This document shows, one piece after another, positions 35,688 to 48,589 of a stretch of DNA of 64,000 nucleotides. The notes beneath the pieces were generated by a model that ran no database searches, was not told the DNA's origin, and saw only the letters and a program-made list of their open reading frames with translations. Numbering within the stretch: the first letter of the stretch is position 1; each line of letters begins with the position of its first letter. Location: positions 1 through 64,000 of the forward strand of contig JAUCBJ010007289.1 in NCBI GenBank assembly GCA_032718475.1, given 5' to 3'. Source of the DNA: Nemertoderma westbladi (taxonomy: Eukaryota > Animalia > Xenacoelomorpha). A program made the translations under genes and the position numbers.

Positions 35688-35941
35688 GAGACAGGGGGTG
35701 GGGGAAACTGGACTCAAAACCCTCCTTAGCGAATTAATATCCCGCCTCAATTCTCAATTTAGGGAAAGGAGCAGGTTACAGTGGCACGTTATTTTAACCA
35801 AAACAATAATCTAAACACAATGGAACAGGTTACAGTTTTATTTTTGAGAGTAATCACCTATTACAGTATTTGCGTCGAATTTCCCCTGGAGAAGGAGGAA
35901 TTTTTATTGCGTCCAGTTCCCCCCCCCCCCCCCCCCCCCTG
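35688..35941 (+). mobile_element. About 250-bp MITE (G-rich TIR ..ggaaactggacgcaa)
   Basis: Same family as 42705-42955 and 59821-60055. Degenerate copies lie near 3505-3720, 13740-13920, 28630-28740 and 32730-33000. Confidence 0.8.
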
Positions 35942-38900
35942 GCATTCACATAACGTTTGAGTTGGTTTTGGTGTATGTATGTATGGACTGGTTATGGCCT
36001 AATTCTATGCGGCGGAATGAAATCTCTTCAAAATCGGCTTCTTCTCTAGAAACAATACTACTGTATAGGCCTACTGTATAGGCCTACTGTATAGGCCTAC
36101 TGTAAGAGATGTCGAAAAAAAGTCAATCAAAACTCCACACATCGTCGGATTCATGCCTCATTTGTGTAAGTTGTGTCAATTTGCCTCAATTTATGTATTA
36201 TGAAAATATGTGGTCCTCGGTTATATTTGCATAATTTCTAAATGTCCTCAGTTTTGGGTGTTGGTGATTTTCAGTGACGTCACAACAAAGTCCTCGTTTT
36301 GCACTGGGAGTTTGTAATACATGTGATAATAAAAAATGAAATATGAGGTCCTCAATATGTTGCTTGTGTATTTATTTTAAGAATAGCACTGCATATTATT
36401 TTGTGTCCTTTATATTTAAAATTTAATAAGCCCATTTCTGCCACAATCTGCGCACAATTAATCATGAAAGCTTATTGTTTATTTCCGAAACTCGCGTTAC
36501 TGATAAAATACGAATAACATCAACTTAAAAGTATTTGCGTAATGCTTATAAGCGAGTATTTGCGTAATGCTTATAAGCGGATGTTCCATTTATGGCTGTG
36601 TCGGATTGAATAAAGTGATACAATTGAACAATAAGAAGATACTGTATATCACCGAGCCAGGTGTAGGCCTAATAGTAAATGAGATAGTAAATGTCACACT
36701 GGTACTTTTAAGACCACAAGGGGGACACCCCCTGTGGTCTCTAATCCACTGGAACAATTTGTCTTAATGCAGCCCTGTCTTCACTTTAATAAAGTACGGT
36801 AGTCATTGTTATTCATTACCAAACCATAAAATTACCCTTTCGATTCATTTATGTGCTTTACAGTAGGCCTAGAATATAATCTTTCTACAGTATATGTATT
36901 ATTTGGTATCTATATTAATATATTATTTAGCTCTGTTCTATTATATTAATAATCTCTCTTTTTCCTCCATTATTCCAAACCATTCAAACCATACTTTGTA
37001 TCGTACCTTACCTACATTACATATTTTTGTGCTTCTAATTTACATCTGTACCCTGTTTCGGTATTATGTGTATGAATAATAATGTGTCATCTGTACTTAA
37101 GAGTACAGATGACCAATTTTATAGAATGAGCACAGATATAGGTTTCGAATAGAAATGGGGCGTTGGGCGATGATCCCAAAGAGCATTATGTAGGACATGT
37201 CCATGCGATAGAACATCTATCCAAGATGGAAAGCATGTTATAAAATATTGTAGCCAAACAGAGAGGCTGCGTTAAAAAATACCCCCAAATTTGTACCAGC
37301 TCGAATAAACGAGTTTTTTTTTAAATAACGATAACTACAAAATATGTTTATTTTTGGAACAAATATCCCAAATTGTAAATTTTCGGCTGTATATTTGCAT
37401 GTGCTGTACTTTTGTTAACTATTTCAATTTTCCATCTTTATCAGACAATAAACATAGATTATCGCATGTGTCCCAGAAGGTGATATACGGTTATAAAACA
37501 TGAAGCAAATAAATCGTATAACTACTGAGGCCGCAGGCCTAAGTGCTGAATACGACAATGAAAAGTGCTGGTTACCTATCTCTACAAATCGGGTGATTCA
37601 TATATCTTTGCTACGTGACTAACTATTTATTAAACTAATCATTAGTCTCATTTTAACCGTCTTCCTAGCATGTAGACCAACGGTAATGACAATAATGTAA
37701 CTAATTAATTTTCGCCAAATTCGAAAATAAAGTGGCTCTAAAAATTTCTCTACTGCTTCATTAGGTGCCTAACGTCAACCACTCGTTATATAACATATTT
37801 TGAACATTTTCACAAAATATTTTTGAAATCTGCGATATAGTGCCACACCGATTTGTTGTTGTTGCATGGAATGAGCCTATACATGATTTATTTGCTGAAG
37901 GTTTTATAACCGTATCACCTTCTGGGAGAGGCGATAATCTGTTTATCATGTATATTCGAGCTTATTGCGCTGATAAATTTTGTGAGCTACTTTTGTATCT
38001 TTCACGTTTGGGGAAACGCAGACCCCACTGAAACAAACACACCCTTGCATCCCCCCTCCCTCCCCAGTTGTCCGAACATTAAAAAAATATTGTAGAGAGA
38101 AAGGTTCAATTTCATTTAATATTAAGACAGAACAAGCAATTGTTACTTGTAGACCTAGACACCTATTAATTATATTTGATTTTAATTGTTGCTCTTTTCG
38201 TGTTTTCACTGTCTTTGTTGTCTTTGTTGATATCTGTTACCGGAAGCATCTGCAAATCTCTTTCTATTATTGGGTTTGCTGAAACTCATCTTATGACGAA
38301 TTTAGGCACTGCAGTAATAATACTGTACTGTAATACAGCCAGTAGTGTGTGAGCATTTTATTGTGATAAATCTCAAAATAAAAATTTTAATAAAAAAACT
38401 CAAAACTCAAAAAAAATATAAAAAGAAAAAAAGAATAATCCCATAAAAACTCAAATCGATATTCATTTAAAAGTATTAAGAAATTTACTTAAAAATATTT
38501 CATTTTAATTTACTAGCTATAATAAAATAAAAATCGAGCTATATGTTCTAGAACATTAAATTTTTTATTGTATTTATGTTCTAGAATAGTATATAATACT
38601 TTTATATTGTTCTGCAACTCCTCAATGTTACTATTTTATCAATGATATACTGTATGATTTATAAATGTAGTGCTATACGGAACTCTAACCGAAAAGATGA
38701 TGCAAAATTTTCAAAAAACGGTCACACAGGCTATACTACAGTAGGGTGCGGACTTCAATATTAGCTCCTGGTTGGCAACTGTTATATTCCTATTAGCCAC
38801 AAAAGTGATTAAATCAGTTGGGAATGGATATAAATTCTTTCAACTTGGGGAAGACTGTGCTAAAAATAATGTCAAAACACAACAATAAATGTGTAAGTTC

Positions 38901-39295
38901 TAGAATTTTGTATTAGGAGTGTTAATATAGTATAGTTACATTGGGTATTTTGGCTTTAGCTGGGTGATATACAGTTATTTAAGTTCTTGAATTTTGTATT
39001 AGGAGTGTTAAATAGTTACATTGGGTATTTTGGCTTTAGCTGGGTGATATACAGTTATATCACCCTATTGTTTAGCCAATCAGATTTGAGAATAAGCGAT
39101 AATACATGATAAACTTATTTATTATATATACAGTATGTTATGTGGTTGTCTTACCAGTAGGACAATATCTAAAATGTATTAAACCGTACTAAGTACGATG
39201 AACTGGAGCTCTGACAATTCACCCCCTAACGGCAGACAGAGGAACTGTAAAAGTCTGTTTATGTGTAAAATGTCTAATTAAGTAATCCTCGTAGG

Positions 39296-39510
39296 TTGAA
39301 AGGCCCTCATAGATGGTTGGATATCTTTACTACCGGTATTCCATTACATATCATTTCTGATCGTGGATCACAATTTATGTCTAAAATAATACCAAATATC
39401 GCCTGCAATCTCGGATTTACTCATCTACCAACGACGGCCTATTATCCACAAACCAATGGGAAGGTAGAAAGAATGCACCGTCGACTCAAGAGGACCATAA
39501 TAGCGCGCCA
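39296..39510 (+). pseudogene. Ty3/Gypsy integrase core fragment
   Basis: GIPLHIISDRGSQFMS..TTAYYPQTNGKVERMHRRLK. Confidence 0.85.
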
Positions 39511-39734
39511 TATTTTGACCCAGCAAACCATTCACAACACATGTTTGCGTACGCCCAACATGTTTGGTGTCTCTCCTGAAACCGTGTTTTGCAAAGCACG
39601 CCTTCTGCCCCAGTCATCTCTACAGAACCTTATCGTCCTCGCGATAAGATTCCTCAAGCTACCTCGACAGCGAACGACAACAACCCAACATCGGCAACAG
39701 AAACGCCCATCAATTAATCCCGGCCCCCAGAACA

Positions 39735-39958
39735 AGTTAAAACTTGCTCAGGACGAGTGGTGATTGTTGTCGTTGGTTTGTAGTATCTCAGCGATACTAC
39801 TGTAGTCACCGGATATTGGATCGGGGGGTGGTTGGATAATGCCATGTCATGGGTGATATGGAGTTGTGGCGGTGCAATTTTGTCGATAAGCCGGCACAGC
39901 ATTCTTAAAAATGCAGCTGCAATGCAGCATGCCGATCCTAGTAGGAGTAGTAGTAGTG
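39735..39958 (+). mobile_element. 3'-end fragment of the same RTE family as 6182-8168
   Basis: gataagccggcacagcattcttaaaaatgcagctgcaatgcagcatgccgatc followed by a (gta)n tail. Confidence 0.85.
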
Positions 39959-40682
39959 GATAATGCAGGCAAAATGAAAAAGAAGGAGTTGGGTTGAATC
40001 TTCAATTTATTCTAACTGATCTTGTTCTCTAACGATTTTAACGCTGATTCCAAATATATGGGACTCCCCAATACGCCAATATAAATAGAATATTCACAAT
40101 GAATGTGTTTATAACAATATTAATAAGCCTACAGTACAAATAACCATAACATATATAGATCAACTTGAAAGGGATACTGAACTTGGGAGAAACGAAATTA
40201 CGACAACTATGGAGACTCATTTCTACAAGACATCTCATTTCCACTGTCCGAGTTCGCTCGACCTAGTAGTAGTACAGTACAAATTATTTAATCAAGCAGA
40301 GAACTTCATTTTAGTTAGATTTTAATACCCCAAGAACTACTGTACGTTTGAAACACGTCTGTCCGGTCAGTCTGTGTCTGCCATAAGTCTGTCGGTAGGC
40401 CGTCGGTTCTATCCCTTGCTTTGCCTAGTGTCACCGTAACCTGAACCCTTTTCAGGCTCATACTACGCTGACCGGCTCCGCTCGGTTTTCCATTGGGTGA
40501 CTGTCGTTCAGCGAGAGGATGCAGCAGTGATGCTGCATATCACTCCATATAGTACGTCGACCCTTTCTGCGTACAGCTCGCCCCTCGCAATCCCTTTCGT
40601 ATGGAAGCCCATAGCGGTCATCATTTCACACACACAATGTGTGTCGCAACTGTGCTTTACATTTACATTTTGGAGTGTGTGG

Positions 40683-40683
<1 letters not shown>

Positions 40684-40731
<48 letters not shown>

Positions 40732-41031
40732 GGGGGGGGGGTGTGCGTGTGCGTGTCATGATACGTGTGTGCGTGTCATGATATGTTTGTGCGTTTCATG
40801 ATATGTGTGTGCGTGTCATGATTCGTGTGTGGGTGTCATGATAAGTGTGTGCGTGTCATGATATGTGTGTGCGTGTCATGATATGTGTGTGCGTGTCATG
40901 ATATGTGTGTGCGTGTCATGATATGTGTGTGCGTGTCATTGGGTGTGTGTGCGTGTTATGATATGTGTGTGCGTGTCATGATATGTGTGTGCGTGTCATG
41001 ATATGTGTGTGCGTGTCATGATATGTGTGTG
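40684..41031. repeat. (GT)n microsatellite followed by a 20-bp minisatellite (gtgtgtgcgtgtcatgatat), about 14 units
   Basis: Read directly from the sequence. Confidence 0.95.
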
Positions 41032-41569
41032 AAAGGAGGTGGCTGATGAAGATATCAATCTCCTTGCACCACACCCCATTGGTGGTTCCAACAAGGGGGT
41101 GAAGGAGAACCTTCTATCTTCGCACACCGCGCTGTAGTGCACCTTTGTGGCTCGGACTCTCTGTTGGAGGACAGAGTACAAGGGCCGGTGAGCATATGAG
41201 GGGGCGTCGAGCGTTAACGATCGCAATATCGAAAGACGCCACCCTCTATTTATTTTATTTCGTTTCACGTTTAGATATATTTTTTAATGTGTATAAACTA
41301 TTTACAGTAGTTCATTTTTCTCAAACTCATATTTCCGACATTCGTTTAATTTTAAGGTAGGGATGCTCGACATCTTAAGGGTTAAGGAGGGGGGAGGGGG
41401 GGCTGTGTGGTGGTTTTCGCCGCAGGTGGTCGGCGCAGATTCCCCAGGGTCGGTCTCTCGTCAGAAAAATAATTTATAATTACCCTCAGTGCCAGCGTTA
41501 CCTGGCAATACCATATCATTCACCTGAATCAGCATTACCTAACCTACCTTCAGAACCAATCCAACCATA

Positions 41570-42420
41570 CTATTCCGGTACACTGTACACTGGTGTTGAT
41601 TTCTTTGGATATCTATTCCTGAAATATTCTTCTAAAGTGTGGATTTTACTATTCACTATTGTTATTCGCGCAGTCCACCTGGAGGTGGACTCAGATTGCA
41701 GTGCAAAGTCTACGCATCTTGCCTTTCGCCGTTTCCTAGCTCGTCTGATCGCTCCATTCACTGATAGACAGTTTAGATCTGACAATAATGCCAAGACCTT
41801 TTATAAGTTTTCCGTGATGAAGTTCCCTAGCCATGTTGTATCCAGGAAGATGATTCCGGCCCGTAGCCCCGCATGGGGTGGTTATAGGGAACGTCTTGGA
41901 AGGATCATTAAAGACTGCACACGAATGACATGCCACAGTGTTCGTCTTACTCAAATCCAATTTGATACTCACTGAAATAGAATCAGTCGTCAACTTCCGT
42001 CCCTTGACTTAAAAATCAATGGATCCAGAAGATTCTGGTCCACTGACGCCTGCACATTTCCTATATGGGATGTTTCCGCCTACTGATGTCGACATGAATG
42101 CAGCCGCAGTGGATGGCCCCATGTTACGCCGTTCTCTACTGCAACGTGAAAGGGGAAAGAACTTTATGTTCTGGAAACTGTTCTCCCAACAATGCTTGGA
42201 ATCCCTAAAGTCGTGGCGCACCACTGGAACCACTGGGCCAGCGCCTATCGTTGGGGCAATGGTTCTAGTCAAACAGGATACACCACGCAGCAAATGGCTC
42301 CTTGCCCGCATTATAAAGTTGGTAACTGGTGTTGACGGTGTTTGTAATGCTGTTGTAATTCGCCGACGCGGACGCATTACAACACGGGCTACAAATAAAC
42401 TCGCTCCATTGGAATGTAAG
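41570..42420 (+). pseudogene. Decayed BEL/Pao integrase and DUF5641-like C-terminus
   Basis: TGVDFFG, IRAVHLEV, SDNNAKTF, PAWGGYRERL, PLTPAHFL, FWKLF, VLVKQDTPRSKWLLARI..GVDGV, RATNKLAPLE, spread across frameshifts. Confidence 0.88.
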
Positions 42421-42704
42421 GACCCTTACCCTTCGTTATATGGCTCACCTATGGGAAATCGTGTTCCGAGACCCAACAACGAACCACTGTCAATCCAAAT
42501 CCAAACGATGTACTGTACCTACCATGGGCTCTCATGAAACAGGAATTGACGCACCACTAACAGAAGCGTTGAGCTCAACTTTATGTTTTTCAACAATATT
42601 ATAAATGGGAAACTTTTATAATGGGATTAGGAAAGATTAGGATAATGTATGCTGTATGATGTGCGGTGGCTCTAAAGTACTGTAGGCACCAGCTCAATAC
42701 TGCA

Positions 42705-42955
42705 CAGATAGGGGGGTAAACGGGACGCAATAAAATATAATCTCTCTCCAGGGGAAATTGGACGCAAATAACAGCTGATTACACTCAAAAAAATAAAACA
42801 GTAACCTGTTCTATTGTGTTTTGTTTATTGTTTTGGTTAAAATAACGTGTCACTGTAACCTGCTCCTTTCCCTAAATTGAGAATTTAACATTGAGGCGGG
42901 ATATTAATTCGCCAAGATGTGATTTGCGTCCAGTTCCCCCCACCCCCCCTGTCTC
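42705..42955 (-). mobile_element. MITE copy with near-perfect 8-bp TSD (hAT-like)
   Basis: atactgca (42697-42704) / atactgcg (42956-42963) flank a reverse copy of 35688-35941. Confidence 0.8.
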
Positions 42956-45019
42956 ATACTGCGAATGAATGCCGCTCTTATCCATCCCATCAGGGCATCA
43001 CCGCACCGGTGAGTTCAGTCCCAGATATAACTCACGAAGCACAAGTCGAGGGATAACCGTATCACACTATATATTCCACATTCAGAATGTCATGTGCTAC
43101 AAATCTAATTGACAGTTTCGAATTCAGCTCGGATAACTTTACATTAATTACAATTCTGCGCAGAGGTAATTTAAAATGTAATCTAATACTAATATCACTA
43201 TGATATTATTCATGGACCATGAATAATAATTAATGATAAATAATTAATATAATTGCAGCAAGTTAAATTATTGAGTGCATTGTGTATTCAGTACTGTACT
43301 GTAGATAACACACATTTAAAATAATATATTGGCGAATTATGACTAAATTTCCCAAAAGCGCTGGAATTTAAAGGCTGGTTGCAATTATTATTAGGTGCAG
43401 ATACCTGAAAAATGTCAGAATGCCTCTATTCGTGTAATTTAGCCACAAGTATATTACTGGAACCTCTGGTATTAAGGCTTCCCAAGTATGAATCTACAGT
43501 AGGCCTATGTATGGACGTAATAATATCATAGGTGAATTTTACAATAATAGACATCAGTGTAAATAATTTTTATCACGAAAAATAGTGGTTCTGCAACATT
43601 ATTTAGTAGTTATTGGGTTACAGACAGCTGGTTGTTATGCTTCGTTAGTTTGCATTAGTTATGTGATAAATTTAATTTTCATATTCTAATTACTATATAT
43701 TAATTACATACTATTTATGCAGTAATAGTTTCGTAGAAATGAATTATTTCTTGCAAACAACAGCGAATGTGTAATAATCTACACGTGTAACAATGATGTG
43801 GTCGTGCTACTATCCCTGGCCACCCGACGACCACCTGGCTGTGTTGTCTAACATTCCGCGCTAACCTATCGCGTTTACCATTACGCGTGAAATCAATTAA
43901 CTCGGATCTCTACTAAATGTGTTATAGAAAATGTATTTCAGTTAAGTTGTTTTTACTCCATCCATTGTAGCTATGAATACCACGAAAAATTTCCTATTTT
44001 TCCTATTTATCACAAAAGTATTTGCCCCATTTTAAAGAATTTTTACCATGATTGATTATAGGAATTATGGCCCGATAATCTTACTGTTATAAACCTGATT
44101 GACATATAATGATATTACCGATGAAGGATATTGCTTAGTATAGATGATGGATGACGGAGAGATGAATCTGAGATTGAAATCGCTGATCGAGAATTCTAGC
44201 GATGTTGTGTTGCCGTAACGTATGTTGTGGTGTGGGGCAATCAATGTTAATGTAACTGTATTGTATATCTTCCATATGCTTAGCCTTGCCATACAGTCTA
44301 GCAGCAGGATGTTTGCTGCCAATGATGAACGATACTTTCTACGGGGCAGCTGTTGCGAATAATTAATAGCTTTTATATGAATCCTTTGTTGTATAAAATA
44401 CAGATACTGTAAGACATATTTCTCATAGTACATAATTACTTAGAAATTGACATAGATAGACATACTGTATTATTTATATTTTATACGTTATAAGCTCATA
44501 TAATTGATTAAAATAATTAGTTCTTACCTTAGTGACTTTACTGCACCCACTAAATTTTTTTATACGCCCGCTTAATTGTATCGAATTTTTCCGCTGCTTT
44601 TTACTAAAATTGATGTAATACGGAAATACACCATGGCTCTTAATATTGTGTCATTTTCTGATGACACGATGACATTTTCTGATTTCTTTATCATATTGCT
44701 TGAAATTTGAAACATAAGTAGTTCCAGTATTGTTCGCTGAAGGCCATTTATTCTATTTAATAAATACACGATGTTCTGGAACATTTTGTTTAAGTATGAA
44801 TAGCTACACAATAGATATATTAGATAGGAATAGCGATGTTGCCAACCAACTCCTAAAATAAATAACAAATTCTAGAATTTTGTGTACTTATCAAATAAAT
44901 GACACTATTATACTGGCCATGATGTATATATATTTGGACTTTTATATACATACTGTTATATTTGTAATGCAGTAGTAGTAGTCTCGCACAAACAGTGCGC
45001 ACCGACAGCCAAACTGGCT

Positions 45020-48000
45020 TTTAATATTTATATTAAAAGGTTTAAAACCGCACGTATGCTAATAATATTAAAACTGATAAGAGCAATGTAATTTAGTTAT
45101 AATTGACTCCAGATACGCTTTCACTTTGTCCAACTTTGCCGTGAATCTGACCATCTCCGATCCAGAAATTGATTTGATTAATTCCAAATGACCCAGCTCG
45201 ATTGAATCCATAACGTTGGTACCAAGATCAGACAGGAGAGTACTCTTTTGATATTCACATTGTAACAGTTACGAGAGCTGTGGGACTGCATATTTTTTCG
45301 CGCATTTCTTTATAGTTGAACAAAGACCCAAATATTGTTGCTGGTTATTTAGGGTGCCAGTTGTCCGTGTTATTGATTGCAATAGTGTGTTAGGGGCTCT
45401 GATCAATCGCTGGACAGTTAGAATAGCTGATTGGTATATTTCTCGAATTCAATGATTGATTCCAAATAACCCATATAAAATGTTCGACGAAATTAATGTT
45501 CCATTAATTTGGAGAAGTTTTCGTAGTGCATTTCTATACCTCACTTCCAACTGGTCCCGCTGTAGAGAGTTTAGAGCTCCTATGTAAAACGGAAAACTAT
45601 AGCGAAAAATTTGCAAAGAGTAAGTTTTCCAAAGTGTTGATAGTGTTTCGATGGGGATACGCCTGATTGTCCCCCAGAGAGATGAAGAAGCACTTCGCGA
45701 ATGAATCAACAAGTCTAAGGCACTCCTGATATATGAACCGGTTATCTCGAGGGATTTTCTACCCGATGAAAGTGAGGTGTGTCGTTGTTTGGGGGATCAG
45801 GTGATCACTTATGTGCAAAAAAAGAGGGGGTGACTCAGCTGATCCTCTACCACTAAAATCCTTGGAAAATCCAAGCTGTCTTGTTCATATCGATCTGTAA
45901 GCCCACCTTTTCTAATTTTAGAAATATCGAGTATCTTTCTAATTCGATGTTAAACTGTGATGTGCTTATTATAAATATATCATCCGCATATGAGAAGGAC
46001 CAGCATTGGTTCGGGTATGAGGTAAGCAATGCGTAGTAATCTTCATCATTGTAATTATGGTGGATATGTTTTATGTAAAAGTTAAATAGAGAGAACCCTG
46101 TTTGACTCCAATCTTTGCCGGGAAGCCCTCTGAGTCAGTTACTGTTCCAGATCTCATAAATATCATACTAATGGAGTAATAGTGGATGAGTACACGACAT
46201 ATGTGTGGATTTATTACACTACATAGTCCGTTGAACAGTATCCCCCGCTGAACCTTATCGAATGCCTTTGGAATGTCCATTTGGCAAATAACTATATCTG
46301 AGCCTTGCTCCCGAAAAAATTGTATTAGTTCCAGAACATCAGCAAGAACAGTATCAGTACCGATTCTTTTTTGATATGCAACTTGAGCAAAATTAGGTGA
46401 TACAGTATGAAAATAGTTCTGCAGAATAACTGCTTCAAAAACTTTGGCAAATATTGTTCGCGCTTTTATACCTTTAGCAGTTTAACCTGCCAATTTTAGT
46501 TGTCCTCTTGTTTATAAATCGACTTTAGCCTATATCAATTACCTAGTGCACTGAAGTTACATCAGCTGAAGCCAGTCCGTGCGCGGCGTATGACCCACGG
46601 TGTGGGAGACTGGATTCGGATTCCTTGAGAGTTATTGCATTGTAGACCTACTGTATTATTCGATTGATCGTTACTATATAATCTCTGACAAATATATTTA
46701 CTTTCGGGCAAATATAAACAGTTCCTTTAGGACGTGGCGCTTTAAGTATAAAAACAGAGTTATGACTTATACTAATCACAACTAGATGGCCACAGAGTTT
46801 CGTAAATAGCGCATTCTTTAGGAGATGCTTTATTAACCTTCACACTACTTCACACGACTTCACACTACTTCACACTACTTCGCACTAATCTGCCGACCGT
46901 CACTGATTTTGATCATATATAAGGAGAATCGCAACTGACACACGTAGGGATTATGAAATAGCATTTAATTCACACAAAACCAATATTATTTAAGTCGCAG
47001 TTGCTACCGGTAAACCTGTTCCTCTTACCTCAGTAATCAAGTAGATTGAGGGGTTTATGATTATTCTTATTATTATTATTATGTTTATGAGTATTCTCCA
47101 AATATAACAGCAATATCCATTAATATAACAACCATTAATAAAAGACCGTAAACAGAAGTAAAATAGTGCGGTGATTCAGTAATATGCAGTCAGTTAATGA
47201 CAAGTTAGGTGTAAAATGAGTATGATCAGTGTTCCATGTGCAGCAATGTTCAATGTTAATAGTTTTACGTTCTTATAATCAAGGCCATCTGATGTTCCTA
47301 GGCCGAAGTCTGAAACTTCTACACAGAAGCACAGAAAATTCCGAGCTGGCTCTGATGCTCAGAAAATAGTAAACAAAGACCGTAATGCATTGTGCGAGTT
47401 TCCATAGGTTTCTGTTAGACATAAAGGGAAAATTGCTCTGATTGGCTGAATAAGGCAGAACAAAGAACCTCCACGTCCACAAAGAATCAGCTGACAGATT
47501 TCGTCATCTTGGTTCCAATTCCTTCCCGTTGCGTAGTTGGATAAATTTAGGGCTATTTTAGAGTATTCTGCGCATTGCGTAAAAATGACTTGTTATGTCC
47601 GCAAAAGCTTTTACAAATATGTTGATTAAACATACTGGCCGGTATGATCCTAGTACATAGGGGTCCTTATTTTTACCTTTGAATATTGGAGAAAGGGCAG
47701 TATAGCCAAATGTTTCTGGCGTTTCACCTAGAAATATGGAGCTCTGTAAGATGATAAACATGCATAACTGGTAATCCAACATGCAACAAATGGTCCACAG
47801 TCAAACTATTTGTGTCTGGTGACTTTCCTCTAGGTAGTGAGCAGATAGCTGTCTGAATCCAACAGTCACTGATGATTGTTGGAACTGGTGATTTGTTACA
47901 CATCAAGTTAACTTCCTTATCCAATTCCACAGACTTATCATCAGTCACATTAGAGGTGAAATTTCCTTCGAAAAATGATCGGAGTTTACTGTTTCCAGCA

Positions 48001-48530
48001 GCAGGTATATTACAGTTATGGTGTCTTCTAGCATATAATTTCCAAAATTGCCTACTTATTATGTAGTTAGGCTGACTTTTTCTTTATATCTTTACATATG
48101 TGTCTGTTAAGAAGTTGTCTACTCATTCTCTTGGAAAGTGTAGTACACTCCTTGTATGCTTCCTTAAATTGGGCTTTTCTCTGTCCTGAAGATATCCTCC
48201 ACAGACTATACAAGGTCTTCCGACTCTTGTTAATGTGGTAGAGCTTCTTGTTTCTTAAGCGGAGGTTCTTGCAACTATTATTTATGTTACATCGAATGTG
48301 ACACTCACTTTCTTGAACAAGAATATCATTTACCTTATTTGTGTATGAGTTCAAATCAATTATATTCCATGTTGCTATGGATGCAGGCATAGATGAGTTA
48401 AGTTCCTGCAATCGAAGAGTGACATTGTCAGAATACTCCTTAATTGTATGCGGTTGTGTACCAGTCAATTAAACTTTTTGAGTTTCTTTATCTTTCTTTT
48501 TAAATGGACATTTGTCTCCTGGACCTTGTG
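45020..48530 (-). mobile_element. Decayed non-LTR retrotransposon (CR1/L2-group-like RT) interrupted by a solo LTR
   Basis: LPRGKSPD..DHLLH, PIFKGKNKD..SYRPVCLINI|FAKVFE, MDIPKAFDKV, GVKQG, SYADDI, with stops and frameshifts. Confidence 0.8.
46455..47615 (-). mobile_element. Solo LTR (diverged subfamily C of the BEL/Pao element)
   Basis: tgttcgcgcttt...caaaagcttttaca with TSD AATAT (46450-46454 / 47616-47620). Removing it rejoins the LINE RT frame. Confidence 0.93.
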
Positions 48531-48589
48531 AAATACATGATTTTGTGGTAGGCTTTACTCACTCTTCTCCTCTTACTTAAAGAACTTAC

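Noticed and set aside
40497-40801. ORFs with VCVC/HTHT runs
   Set aside because: Translations of the (GT)n microsatellite.
41570-42420. Missing integrase of the 15746-27059 element
   Set aside because: It lies outside the LTRs, is heavily decayed and shows no linkage, so it is a separate older BEL/Pao relic.
44065-44868. Two minus-strand ORFs of 122 and 98 aa
   Set aside because: AT-rich with no recognisable motifs or splice support.
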